This document shows positions 44,001-50,940 of a stretch of DNA of 64,000 bases, in pieces. This DNA comes from Giardia intestinalis (lineage: Eukaryota). Position 1 is the stretch's first letter, and each line of letters opens with the position of its first letter. Where the stretch lies: NCBI GenBank assembly GCA_000002435.2, contig CM018793.1; one strand, written 5' to 3'. A program made the translations under genes and the position numbers. Below the pieces are notes generated by a model. The model searched no databases. It saw only the letters and a list, made by a program, of their open reading frames with translations, and had not been told where the DNA came from.

Positions 44001-47000
44001 CTAACTGAGTATTCAGAATTGGGAATCCATTGACTACTTCTGAGTTAATACTAATATGGATGCAGGTGTAGGCCTGAAGTGTTTTTATAACCTCTGTAAC
44101 AAGTAGAAGGTCGTTCCCCTCGAAATTTGAATACATTGTCTCTAAGTAAGGTATTTCAATGTTTTTACTAAAGATTGGAAACATCTTTCTGAATTGTAAG
44201 GGATTTGTTACCGCTAACTGAAAGTCTGAGAGTTGCATCTTAAGAACCTCGGACGAAATTGCGTAGAGAGCTCCGGTCACCTTGCTAAGCCAGTCTGAAA
44301 ACACCAACAGTACTCGTGAAAAAACGCGAATATGGCGCTTATAGTTAAATCGTGCATTCTTATAGGCATGGTTCACCCAACCTAGTTTAGCAGCCGCCTG
44401 TAATGCTACATGCAGTTCATTACTTGATAGAATTGATGGCTCAGTTGGACGAGGCGCTTGGGCCTGGCTCAAGGCCAGGTGAGGCCTTGGTGTCGTCTCG
44501 TTTTGATCAAAGGAACCTGAGAGTCCAAAAACAGTAGGGATTGTGTGGGTAATTGAATTTCTGATATCATATAAAGTGGAAAGACAATAGGAGTTGCTCA
44601 GTTTCGAGATTGGGCCAAGGAAGTCGCAAAGGTAGCATGCAACTGGAGTCCACTGCTTCACAAATAACCCGTGGTCCTCCATCACAACTAGGATTTTGGA
44701 TAGCTTGTCCAAGTTTAATGTTGTAATATTTAACACGGATTCTGTCAGCTGCAGCACCCGTAACATGTAAGAAGAAGCTTGCGTAATAATCTTTGAAATG
44801 GACTCGGTAATGTTTTGGCGTACTGTAATAAAGGCCGAAATAAGAGAAAGCTTAAAGTCGATAAGACTAACAGTAATACTGCCAGTGGAAACATATGAGG
44901 AAATGGCATAAGCATCTAGTATCTCTTGATCGATAGAACGAACCAGCTCAGCCGATATATGCACCATAAGTACAAGATAATCGACCCCCGACGAATTAGC
45001 CAAAGTAACAATATTCTCATTAGGGGACTCTCCTTTTAGAATAACGCTCACGTAATCCCTAGCAATGGTTTCGATAGCAGACAGCGAACGTACAAATCCT
45101 GGCGAGACCTTCATACTGTCTTCGCCCATGCTAGTATAAGGATTAGGTACTTGAGAAGTGTCAAAGCTTTGTGTCTCGTCATCAGGAGTTTCGCTGGGCA
45201 TTTGTGTTTTAAGTAAGTGTTCAGGAGGCGCTGAGTAGACAGATTTTACATCATCTGCGTCGAGGCTAACGTTTGGTAGTCCACTGTCTACAACGAGCTC
45301 AAAAGCTCGATAGAAGCTGCTAATGTTATTACATGTAGAGAGAAGCTCTACAAGTTTTATAGAAAGAGCCTCAAATAGGGTGTCTATTTGCTTCTTCACA
45401 ACAACATCAGTATCAGATGGTGCAATGAACGCAGTTAGGACAAGCGGAGAATCCATAGTGTCCTTCGCATATATAGGATCATTATCTACATCGGAAAAGT
45501 GCATAGCTGTTGTACTAGAGCTTTGTGGCGGCTTTTCTGTTCTGGACGACGGACAAAGGGGAGGAAGTTGCAAATGCATCCTAGGACGAACTATAGGCTC
45601 TAGAGGTATTAAGATATTAGATTGGCGCTGTTTCAAGCCAAGCCAGGACGAGAAAAATTGGTCCACCTCTTGATCAGGGTTTGACAGAAGTAAGTCTTGT
45701 GTTAGTGTGAATGCAAAGTCGTCTGAATCCGTCTGCGCAAGTTGTTTGACGTTGGAGAGAAGGGCTTTGCATATATATCTGGCTGTGGGGACCTCAAAGC
45801 TATACTTATCTAAGAAAAGCAAGGACCGCGTCCGTCTATCTAGAAGATTGCCCAGGGGACGAGAGTAAACAATGGCAGTTTTTTCGGTGGACGTGGGATC
45901 AAACGATAACTGAGGCGCTAGAACAAGAGAATTGATAGAAGAGATAGAAGACTCCGTGGTGTATAAGCAAAATGACAGCTCGCGAAGGCTTTGTTGTAAC
46001 CAAGCAAAACCTGTCACGGAAGTAGATTGGTGAGTGAAGCCAATACTTGAATTCTTAATAGTGAGTGTAGATGAAATGAACGGTGCGTACATTGATGAGT
46101 CTGTACGAAACTGAAGGCGGGGAAAGCCAGTCACTGATAGCAAACTATCCAGAAGATTACGACTCCACATCTCGTGCATCTGCAAAAAAATATTCCCGAT
46201 GTGTGTCTTTATTTGTTCAACCAATGTACGGAGAAAGCGGGGCCATATGCGATCGAAAGCTCTCATTAGGATGGCGTCGCTAGAAAGATCCTGATTCCCA
46301 TCTGCTAGAATAGAAAGCGCGGTATGAATTACGGAGAGTGGCAAGCCAGATGCAAGTAAGCGATCACGTCTGTCACTCTTCGTCTCGGAGGCCTCTTTGA
46401 GTGATTTGACACGAAGCTGTTTGATCTTTGTTGAAAAGTCAATAGAAAAGGTACTATCTGAAACGCATGTTGGAACAATGCTATCTACCACATAATTCAA
46501 CAGGCTCGACTGCAGAAGAGCAACTATTGTTGAACTTAATATCAAGGGAATGATCTTCTCTACGAAGTATAATCGAACAAGATAATACCGTTCCGCCATG
46601 TTAGATATGGGTAAGAACGATGAGAAAGGTTCCATTAATAGAGACCCGCGCTCCTCTGGTGTAGCTTCAGTTTCATACAGTATTGAAAGGTGTCTCCGTA
46701 GGAAAAGTTCAAGAGATTCGGATACATCTAACGCAGGCTTTTGATTGGCAGTCCTGAGGTTAGAGGTTAATGAGTCTGTGTCTTTCGTCTGTGAAGATAA
46801 AGCAGAAGTATTATGTAAGATTGTAGTAACTCTTTTATCCAGAAGAATTTGCAGATCAGTTTTGATTGCTGTACAAAGCTCCTCGTCTATAAAAAACTCT
46901 GTTGCAAGAGATGACACGATAAAATGAGGAATCTCTACAAGGGCGTCTTCTTCTACCTCGTGCGTACCATCAGGGAGAGGAGTAAGGAGACGAAGGACAT

Positions 47001-48339
47001 AATCAATGATTCTAAATATCTTATTCTGAAGCGCAATTAATAAAGGATCAAACTTAGAGCAAGAAAGAAGGCGGTCATGAGCATCCTGAAAGTGTGGCAC
47101 AGAGCAAGGAGGTAGACAGAAAAGCTCAACCCCATAAAGGGTTTTATGGGAAGGATCTACAAATAAGCGTGCGCCCTCTGCATGCTTTAGAGACAGTCTA
47201 GAATAGAAGCGCAAATGATCAAACCTATGGCGTGTATCAAGTCTGTTTGTTTCTAGAGCGTTCTCAACGATGCTTTTAGCAATAACGAACTTATACAATG
47301 AAGAAAGACCATGCAACTCGGCATCTTCTAGATCGTATTTCACTACCATTTCAGAATTTTCCTCGGACGTCTCAGAGGGCGCAAAAGTGAGTAAGCTTTT
47401 TGATATATAAACGCTTGGAACCATTATGTCCAATAGGTAACTGTTAGTGAGCGAGAACTGATCCTCCTGAAGATGTGCTAGTCCTGTTATTGAAGACTTT
47501 AATTCGTCAATGAATAGATGCTCGACACTATCAAGATCTAGCCCCTGGACAAACCCCTTACGCGATGAATACATTACTGTAAACCTTTCCCATTCCCTTT
47601 TAACTAGTACCTTAATCAAAGTAATAAGATGCTCATTTGGGCATACTCCATGCTTTAATACGGGATTCTGCTTAAAGAGGTGGTCGTTAGAGGTTGCAGG
47701 AAGGAGGTATCTGTTACGCCATGGAGTCGTAACTAACTTGTTAGAAGAGTCTGTGTCAAGACTGGAAGCATAAATATCGAGCTCAGGACTAGCCATAACT
47801 GCTTTAATCTCCTTATAGAATATGTTTCCAAGGATACTATTCAGGCTAGCATAACTATTCACGCGAACTAGGGCGAGTGGGGCAACCACTACTTCTCTCT
47901 TCATAAGCAGAACAGCTCGTCTGTATAGAAAATCAACATGGTATATCTGACACCACCTGTAATAGCCAGGCCGCACTAGTATATACCCAGGGCACCCTAA
48001 CTGCATTGGCACACAGTGAAACTGCAAACCATTAAAATTAATCCCTGTGGATATTTTGCTGCAGAAATCTTTTGCACATTGTGTGGTTAGGACTTCTATC
48101 AAATGGACTATTTCATTATGGCAAGAAGAAATTGGAAGTATTGTTGTTACTGCTTTAACTCGGTCTCCATTCTTGGCCTGAATTATGCTGCCTCCCATTG
48201 CTGTGTCGCGCTCGGTCTTCTGCAGCGAGCCTCCAAGAATCTGGGGAACCCGTAATGGTGTAGTGGATCTCTTCAACGACATTCCTTCGTGAAGACAATA
48301 AATATTTATCCTGTTTCTGGTTATCAAAGATAATTTCAT
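29077..48339 (-). CDS. Giant hypothetical protein, 6420 aa, single uninterrupted ORF; one Walker-A-like P-loop (GEAFSGKST) near residue 3540
   Basis: 19.3 kb with no stop in frame. ATG (cat) at 48337-39. Coding-like composition throughout. P-loop at plus-strand coordinates 37684-37710, minus strand. No dynein, midasin or other giant-family signature recognisable by eye. Confidence 0.7.
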   Translation of the reverse strand: MKLSLITRNRINIYCLHEGMSLKRSTTPLRVPQILGGSLQKTERDTAMGGSIIQAKNGDRVKAVTTILPISSCHNEIVHLIEVLTTQCAKDFCSKISTGINFNGLQFHCVPMQLGCPGYILVRPGYYRWCQIYHVDFLYRRAVLLMKREVVVAPLALVRVNSYASLNSILGNIFYKEIKAVMASPELDIYASSLDTDSSNKLVTTPWRNRYLLPATSNDHLFKQNPVLKHGVCPNEHLITLIKVLVKREWERFTVMYSSRKGFVQGLDLDSVEHLFIDELKSSITGLAHLQEDQFSLTNSYLLDIMVPSVYISKSLLTFAPSETSEENSEMVVKYDLEDAELHGLSSLYKFVIAKSIVENALETNRLDTRHRFDHLRFYSRLSLKHAEGARLFVDPSHKTLYGVELFCLPPCSVPHFQDAHDRLLSCSKFDPLLIALQNKIFRIIDYVLRLLTPLPDGTHEVEEDALVEIPHFIVSSLATEFFIDEELCTAIKTDLQILLDKRVTTILHNTSALSSQTKDTDSLTSNLRTANQKPALDVSESLELFLRRHLSILYETEATPEERGSLLMEPFSSFLPISNMAERYYLVRLYFVEKIIPLILSSTIVALLQSSLLNYVVDSIVPTCVSDSTFSIDFSTKIKQLRVKSLKEASETKSDRRDRLLASGLPLSVIHTALSILADGNQDLSSDAILMRAFDRIWPRFLRTLVEQIKTHIGNIFLQMHEMWSRNLLDSLLSVTGFPRLQFRTDSSMYAPFISSTLTIKNSSIGFTHQSTSVTGFAWLQQSLRELSFCLYTTESSISSINSLVLAPQLSFDPTSTEKTAIVYSRPLGNLLDRRTRSLLFLDKYSFEVPTARYICKALLSNVKQLAQTDSDDFAFTLTQDLLLSNPDQEVDQFFSSWLGLKQRQSNILIPLEPIVRPRMHLQLPPLCPSSRTEKPPQSSSTTAMHFSDVDNDPIYAKDTMDSPLVLTAFIAPSDTDVVVKKQIDTLFEALSIKLVELLSTCNNISSFYRAFELVVDSGLPNVSLDADDVKSVYSAPPEHLLKTQMPSETPDDETQSFDTSQVPNPYTSMGEDSMKVSPGFVRSLSAIETIARDYVSVILKGESPNENIVTLANSSGVDYLVLMVHISAELVRSIDQEILDAYAISSYVSTGSITVSLIDFKLSLISAFITVRQNITESISKIITQASSYMLRVLQLTESVLNITTLNLDKLSKILVVMEDHGLFVKQWTPVACYLCDFLGPISKLSNSYCLSTLYDIRNSITHTIPTVFGLSGSFDQNETTPRPHLALSQAQAPRPTEPSILSSNELHVALQAAAKLGWVNHAYKNARFNYKRHIRVFSRVLLVFSDWLSKVTGALYAISSEVLKMQLSDFQLAVTNPLQFRKMFPIFSKNIEIPYLETMYSNFEGNDLLLVTEVIKTLQAYTCIHISINSEVVNGFPILNTQLASQEDQPVTADKHTEHPSSLEPEHGALEFPCQFTEYHVGWQLPYQGYRWPYLYSRPCPDSVSEQSTRESAIQAPTSPLDYLLVTDCNFEFSERSDLFASRNSQGLIVASTYMHGHLCDNKESDIPVDHPSLAHYDVFRMFMELYILIEEIKNVYLRVSSWSRALNIDMHLVDSPAELEAVLLPLCLLVTSFVKLNQLYKAAPSKALIDLDAGALVTLLEICATSISTIRSSFVYSNWTSTADQVDCYLRAITPRLFLLCFLTSPDAIEEDLAGFGEVTGLNAFLRSAPTIHAAPIDTYFEPDRTILVEHLFLYDNTDAMFEAAAAIYARGLVNRQAMVTLNKIDDWINGLNFQPITLTASHRSGHLLSVLYAFWGITGKGEFSDHTIASKLGPVMGGKASSLTSLLQKVRTLILAKEKVLEAYSSRLGILADAADDSSLAQLSSFECISDDISVDEEAGRDDSLFAMQSLDRNKDLFAGSIVLASDVRTRSRAQSITGSLDLTTKQPNQHDHLTSKESLLGVPTLVCCKRHVEYIREAMFAVAYILFNDYSPSTQTVARRLEAELILLHTLAICVQRAMTILPELLLLLPDLCSISLGSAHPRLRKAFLSSQDPLLEVVSLLNIMRQLHSLCKESSEENACCLSGEITSLRGSPVQPSLLPTVGSFGLLRGIVRRCPYIIRSLSLHIARADSILGVFSDTILRFPLVSSFTSNLSLEYACIPCIPATYHAQGQHHVSDLIRRCPLIRSAVLYNNIYTSTSALVPSGKLRPIVFHTSSSAFSNSIYDIMTLRTGTGSSTRLQITGLCAGYEQLRFLKPIDMPDTLPAFGASVFAPSVHRAALIKEYLKGLRLLMEERYEELVGSCLYQCVHYALSTLVFMHLDGSPVNFLQLYYKCMPEFKRAVATVAIGTATVLTDKSLTSCYSLRNYKHDRRMYIQALLARIAEHERTLQTIMEDSLTLYIMRAIPNLSRAATAEKVASFISDEGQVRAAFTELYADAKSQACITAMSCGVHPNVHMHHIISTLPYGLPTESALTEASSSASCGELTDWRKDRVYTTHNQNFLSQKNDETLLVTCANVAIPIIAQYTGKASLLDCIPLNYRQLQAVSQLGISMQSRIPAFLVGDTMRSYNNIDYLIIVHTLCRYFGMRYEFVFCSPATDPDALLHRLCTRILGGRYVVLCGVEFLEESQLNGLINVLSSYNLAKGAVPTVEQADTGPLDFSILHSTGKDAIFPGGYAICLPEAVYEGSKLSLTIRGERLRKLFPMHSLIEIKDYGTLVPVSLLQQTNALLYDLCLEARASTNNVDLHSHKSKATEEQITNFFAEKNLSTEYRLSVSDDIPITALNFDALYPHCNCKHQTEANQLGHLFLQRSSQYGPKLYEISLFLNTAGLSTPQLRPEDVDLVLKRCKDMSNPISVATSLSAFLLSQTTLRPARDIVSRVIEGAFVLQPQHKAVLNSVVSLLNVLHGVQEPNDIDIGMLISRKTHHGTDSNFTANNIAKVWKTLKQMYTPTYAEFCETLSQEFALLEPVGIDALALCLDMLSLGPVVLLPPSTSVLQGTKGTGLTIPQLSNKSVTAQLVKSRALSSITLRQSHFQLLVVFSQLVAKVGKLRPFFIHSLADLHENIRTIMYLGSQALLIFIFNPPSGTLARSMLSSITALQSYYPELELYYNIRAKFDFFNKPRCLLLVTAYETASIIGSNVGSVQRRLIVVPEYLKFSTMLNNYVGRHLHLAEDEQLTEKSRKLFTVTSLIDMKTSALSIQYLQSLCSRRTTAELKGECLAEKRLRLGSKLFGAFITCLTDNLMRREFSIVPSHIVWTLYRQLLVLFLTSFRVLVLSPCHPEAYATFEPIPEVMNTQLYQLDSYLSLHTITSSTPLAKYDSYMQLQSAPRTAFFSVSFSVTYLQNFIYEALDNLSVIINLFLPIYAAVFNALHVLHVMYFKRPLNKLSKIYKKGLVECVYRPEKFVAHVMSMFADSAQLLNKSDLDDAMALLPDLFPEHYADEDDDLSAYSYLGVSDSDGSFLYFVASDKGRRLCVQHFPYMCSSGIFADASFERLFDQSTTPKHELTLTFDCERILFIVYLSSFIMAKLSVCLIGEAFSGKSTYIRAAEIFLGKYVWRECVALFDIDSFDEVLQKLISTCYLHNIQTARTQKTAIEANASHQDGSEAAHYSSSSKAKRARASSVIGCPLSILDVTEDNTLLDETKDINQSIILDVPSGKLPLYHLTVTNLLTSTIAHRVSDDALVARGAADEQRLSMLESLVASASEPQVAVQNDRLSMLLGEKYIIMENSERSPVCGLTGVTGARFSSGIFVPNISIVVESSYLYDFFLASELTFVLPPMNNTKEFLLLLLKRNFQHPSLSNLDSFAPKIAQAHVASAPQPRVSSVHTKNKYDCNLYVGVTEPEQEFLYEYSDSYLLQFIEGLLLVEYHLPVSILRVISEMKRLQKYIDSVDLDNIQLSAVTLGSLMGALRNIPAVKHSHVSCILDELASAVAIGRLAPHGPYGPLNPENMSKYLRTNTLISMSSHTGVQALPNWELRVLKAVFKRSFCNTGTSSSNISKAPGDIDGTLIDSQKFKSGSSIKRFHYSGDIELLNDGGKYKHFVDACARARQHYAKLLFYNPHNNSINRQVFEVHSSVVHECLLDAMDPTVCNRVFTLTIDISMLMEQNSLKVFYYIKYLRNPGLFSKLHSPADAKSMQALALRVPVFLMSQLEMSGTLYSSFLHALQTMGNYRISNRKTFLKVAQQTFSSDMEGFGIDADSQANSFSCSRSVTSLHQTISGRSLSECDGPLLAHAAKNFDLRAFLSITEEPTEIAIKRRQRILIDTQTMIQSLMHQTVGGSESDSEPEPNNITTSSLQSRPVTTTVASENLMIELTDALVSTLTAKSEAAASHYIIRAAVLIALGINPLIAFQDFTPTSSTYLCDRCSSTIPDYLLHYINRGSLEINAEEYTDLFLSTPTDIMVTIPMSLFNALLNKSPAIGILSIVESGSSLLSLFTNGEVRVLGALLAKYFCLTTMLSGKEIINILSRSFSLVVFADTSVDHPLPLQELPVIRHTIDENDRIHSLQVGTAENILQGSYKASETATPSLQLVRAIPYFILSNIPYNLDPKPFITQHEHSETPLHDAYSSMYCEIFCQTTLCIYKCCMQNVSHSIPYSLARFSEVASYYTNELIAKHLKTITFIQKILSSITLFDNGIRNGLFSPSIRNDIIYLRDQLVSIKLKVKLDFIRAVIMLQNACCDGPLIAARLLFYPFITSIWGNCVQFELGLFECLKNRKIMNNSLNTSYSDNSTVMLQSLFNLSTSDELIQRSDMLSNYGLPSRLLMLCEDLMWPRWRTQLTCSLCNPDPKLIQEIIILLQYIKFGFKFLFVTSDLARIIIPACEVYLLEARLEDCKQRLSAMGVNVEQALEKYNATGAINATIEDLVLGTQGSHGDTGKRPEKGVAQYNEMHYLIAELEDLLKQIASLKYSAVSYKRLPSNVRFGAPSTCYNYHEVRRKLLIYLDCHLPPPIFEALLKHALLQDKPIVFLNFGSAAMPMLNMMILTKLALLIESRLTKRNARVSVTTTYSVDIVRPLHDYRIYYVLTTGASLKFLLETGFINLRNCDMSTLNAPKFQFKSNSLNLLRMQNPSVTEHELQYKLREISEKFSSVYSLYVNGFDGLEIVRRESCLECSDRLHRNIENIANNLEKYILSKKEIMSRLVKREESNAVFVHLQHASKDSEGFDFAEMNLYCIGVERCIEHREELAKKIAESSTISEYAKYFGTAITSILLLLRQMSLIHPSIATVFTDHFFECHLSYLDDHVGSNPSRAFTAIVNTAHYILENTVLLLPERERGLYINLFISIYNLCFKLGHPDDLTQLKMILVNDIRFLVSHFSDKFNSHLPLYNYARQIAASCPTSFRCSPTVVYSWKLFSLLSIYNPRRFSDWYEYFTHNKAVFTLLNFAGDAYKMIVGTYLYKERTAQSSDKVKQAELGIAETSKSAIADAIDRTAGDDINLDATVAQEIEEGMRTLKTTHVPIVPPYVHDELAAYSTRLVPLPPSLQYPSFENIWVALLLIVALRQDLILSTMEFFCRITPPSAIHKFLQDDASLRAKAKADWCSANNEAELLSDGLLSRVASATAVAIDAGNLQAEGKETQTRAVGDADGPLDLSVINPANLDHVAQLFKNLQEEYNFEATQQVSLGRGSRTVLLYYDEGLAILPYLQAIFSKEIIPKYGFPDYVCQPAPATSYLATNVVIVDIRYNPHYSLAHLIDLYSSGVKPAYLVYVLVPLSCCQKFGTESGAATPENISVQLAVFIDICRPVQLYVQRPTTFLDAMQHAISTMRNYTLSHSVGCSVYESSFVKALTLLAIRYSMLISNGMFKVDDNEMLLLYVHLISQLKTLPLANQGRRLFFTKKQGAASHIANLPMIYSVLCHTCSEINTSYVLSNLYSLIYRKSSAILIGSPINASVSVAISYLNSKSLNVASFYEEVPTITHDQAEAERTDFDPSLTSIHNSDVEISNSRSVFSSAESSIDDVSMCSFKTDYTYADQRQVDGAPQATSARLMTLAGDELNANVLLNATDPDGFRSYSRAELQKILSSRRHMVTIHASSRMDALLHFPETMSERTLIDLVEKIKLITMDLEKFAMKHTNVAEIIRTQELQERLADTLQPICFLRPELSRCQSTVRDAFSLMLSTDVISNIASHSIHSNAYSSVEVDRAEKALPPTLYAVLLLSKTYQRVRRLTYGFTSNSLVEQSHPIKVLSENIWSVRGDIYQPIMHDILKLFKLQMCLKYNLEMGYYSIVFTLLDPTYYRDWFLRYDGQNCIQCSKIDNRRQKRKHTMPLATVRVTNMRLYGIGYDYMLNTIVDISPESLSYPNNCDIYAILVPCESSSSSMLPDSVKTRDSYLMMYEALSYSSSPPQSEEELAEIDQNFGVDHYYENTIQHVTIPVDFPGCWDLILQNKTSLKKSDIDAKSPYCGTGYF

Positions 48340-48340
48340 C

Positions 48341-48830
48341 AGTTGTACGGTGATTCACTCCACCCACCGGTTGCTTCCAGCGCTGTGCTGCCGGGCCGCC
48401 TGCAGGCACGATTCAAAAATCTCACGAGTAAATTCTCGTTCAAGCTCTGGCCAGTTCAGAGACGACTGTTGGTCATTGATAACATAATGAGAGAGTCCTC
48501 TCTAGTGATATATCCAGAGCCTGGCACATTCCTCTGCCATTTCATGAGCGTGTGCTCAATCCGGGTGTGCGCGTCGGTCTGCCCAGGATTCAGGCCTTCT
48601 CGCAGACCCTCTGCTCTACCGGTGGTGCCTCTCCTTGGCCTGCCGTCTGGTGGGTGAAGCTCGGGTTGCTGTCTTTTTTAGATGCTCCCATCTGTCAAGG
48701 GCTGCCACCGGGCTCTCCGCTGGCTGGGCCCTCGGTGCCCGTCCGGCTGTGGCTCGAGTCAGGGCTCCCACAGTCGCGGTCACCTGGGTCTCAGTGGGCC
48801 GGCTGGTGGGACCGGGTGGGGGGTGTTGTA
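48341..48830 (+). repeat. Arm A of an inverted repeat (VSP-3'-flank-like element, about 85% identical to arm B), abutting the start codon of the giant gene
   Basis: The reverse complement of 48345-48690 aligns with 50600-50870 and with 59031-59360. Shared blocks include ccaggattcaggccttctcgcagaccctctgctctaccggtgg and cttttttagatgc. Homology continues, with more decay, to about 48830 versus about 50420. Confidence 0.75.
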
Positions 48831-50419
48831 TGTGCCCTTGGTGTCAGTGGGTCAGTGGGGTGGTGGGTGATCTCCGCTCTGTTTGCCAAGGTGGTTGTGT
48901 CTGATCCCCAGCCTTCGTTGCACTCCAAGACACAGGCACCGACGATCGTGTCGTGTCCCCTGACTGAGCGCCTCCCTTGGCCCCTTGTCTCAGGCAGTAC
49001 TGCCTCTCTGACTGGCTGGTGCGTGAGTGTCGAGGCAGGCCATCGCAGCCCCTCCTGTTGCTCTGTGCGGGTCTGCTGGGCCCCTGGCATGCCCTGTCCA
49101 GTGCCTCGACGGTAGTTCACCTCGGCCAGCAGGGGTGTGGATGGCCTGTGGATGGGATGGGTTCTCTCGTGCCTCTAGTGTGATGGCCCAGAAGACTGGC
49201 ACAGTGGGGCACTGGTGACTGCACTGTCCCTGTGGTCAGCTGTGCTGCTCCTGGTGGGTCCTCGTTGTGGAGCGCTGTGTGTCGTCCGTAGGCAGAGGTG
49301 AGCCTCCTTGGTCTCAGGATGCTCTACCATGCAGAGAGGAGCACGCTGATGGTTACCCATACCTCACCTGCTGTGCCCGTTCGGGAGTTCCCGATGTGGT
49401 CTACTAGGATCTTGACCCCTCCTCGTGGCTCTGATGACCCCTCGGGGAGAGCCGGGGCATCCTATGCCGAGGGGCGTGCACCCTCCTGCATGAGCTGGGA
49501 CCCACTGCACTGCCTCCAAGGAGGTCTGCTATGAGAGGCAGTGAATGATTGACAGCCCCAGAGTGCGGTGGAGGGTGATCGTGGTCATCTCTGTGACCGG
49601 GCATCACTCTGATGGTCGGCTCTGTGCCTGTGTGGTGCTCATGGGCCACCTGTCTGCCTCATCGCCTGCTGGACAGCCGGCCTCTTGTGGCGTCCGAAGG
49701 CCTCCTCGCTCCTCTGGCTGCTGCCCCCTCAGGTCATCGTGAATGCAGTCGAGGCCAGCGAGTCTGGTGCCTGCCTGGGTGTCATGGGGGGCTGGCAGCT
49801 GTCAGGGCTCTGCCACTGCTCACCTGCCTGGAGTGTGCCTCCCTTGGGTCTGCTGTGCTGCGTGAGTCCTCTGGCTTCCTACCAGGCCCTGACTGTGAGG
49901 GTGACTCCACCTGGCCCTCTGATGCCCCTGTGGATGAGCATAGCAATGTGTCTGGCTAGGGATCTCTGGTGCCCGTGTCTGTCACTGCCTCTCGGGTGGC
50001 TGTCTGGGGCTCTCGCATGAGGTCTACAGTCAGCGTGTCCCGAGCAGACTCCAGTCCTCTCTGGGTCCACACAGTCTGTCCGTGTGTGGACGGTCCTCCT
50101 GCACTCATGTCCATCTGTGCACACTGTCACTCAGTCTCGAGAGCAGACCAGTGCAGTCGCCAGGGCTGCTGTCAGAGGGAGTCGTCTGTCACTACATCGC
50201 TCGAGCAGCCCATGCAGATCAGGCTGGTTGCTGTGCACCCTCATGGCAGGGCTGTTTGACTTCCCTTGGCTATCCTCTCTGTCCCGGTGTGCACGGCTCC
50301 TGAGGGTTGTCTGGGTGGAGGCACTCACAGATCACGAGCACACAGAGGGATGAGTCACAGATGGGCAGCCCCCAGTCACCACAGCTACGATCACCTCACT
50401 CACCAAGAGGTCAGGGGCA

Positions 50420-50870
50420 TATACAAGTACCCCCACCTCAGCCCCCACCAGCCCCACCAGCCTCACCGCCCCACCCACCAGCCGGCCCACTGAGACCCAG
50501 GTGACCGCGACTGTGGGAGCCCTGACTCGAGCCACAGCTGCCCGGACACCGAGGGCCCAGCCAGCGGAGAGCCCGGTGGCAGCCCCTGACAGACGGAGGC
50601 ATCTAAAAAAGACAGCGACCCGGGCCTCACCCACCACGAAGGAAGACCAAGGAGAGGCGCCACCGGTAGAGCAGAGGGTCTGCGAGAAGGCCTGAATCCT
50701 GGGCAGGCAGACGTGCACACACAGACTGAGCACACTTCCACAGAGCGACCGGGGAAGGTGCCAGGTTTTAGATATACTAATAAAGAGGACTCCCTAGTAT
50801 GTCGTCTACAACCAGCCATCGTCCTTGGACTGACCAGAACTTGAACGAGAATTTACTCGTGAGATCCTTG
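50420..50870 (-). repeat. Arm B of the inverted repeat, lying immediately downstream of the 3' UTR of the truncated VSP at 50941
   Basis: The 50607-50865 core is nearly identical to 59031-59290. It is inverted relative to arm A. It starts about 70 nt beyond the VSP poly(A) signal. Confidence 0.8.
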
Positions 50871-50925
50871 AATGCACCGCAGGCGGACCTATCAGCACAT
50901 CTACACAAGCTACGCACAGTAACGC

Positions 50926-50932
50926 GTTTACT
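50926..50932 (-). promoter_or_regulatory. Giardia polyadenylation signal AGTAAAC, 10 nt after the VSP stop (TAGACTTAGGTAGTAAAC)
   Basis: Matches the established Giardia AGTPuAAPy consensus. The context TAG-ACTTAGGT-AGTAAAC is the conserved VSP 3' end. Confidence 0.7.
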
Positions 50933-50940
50933 ACCTAAGT

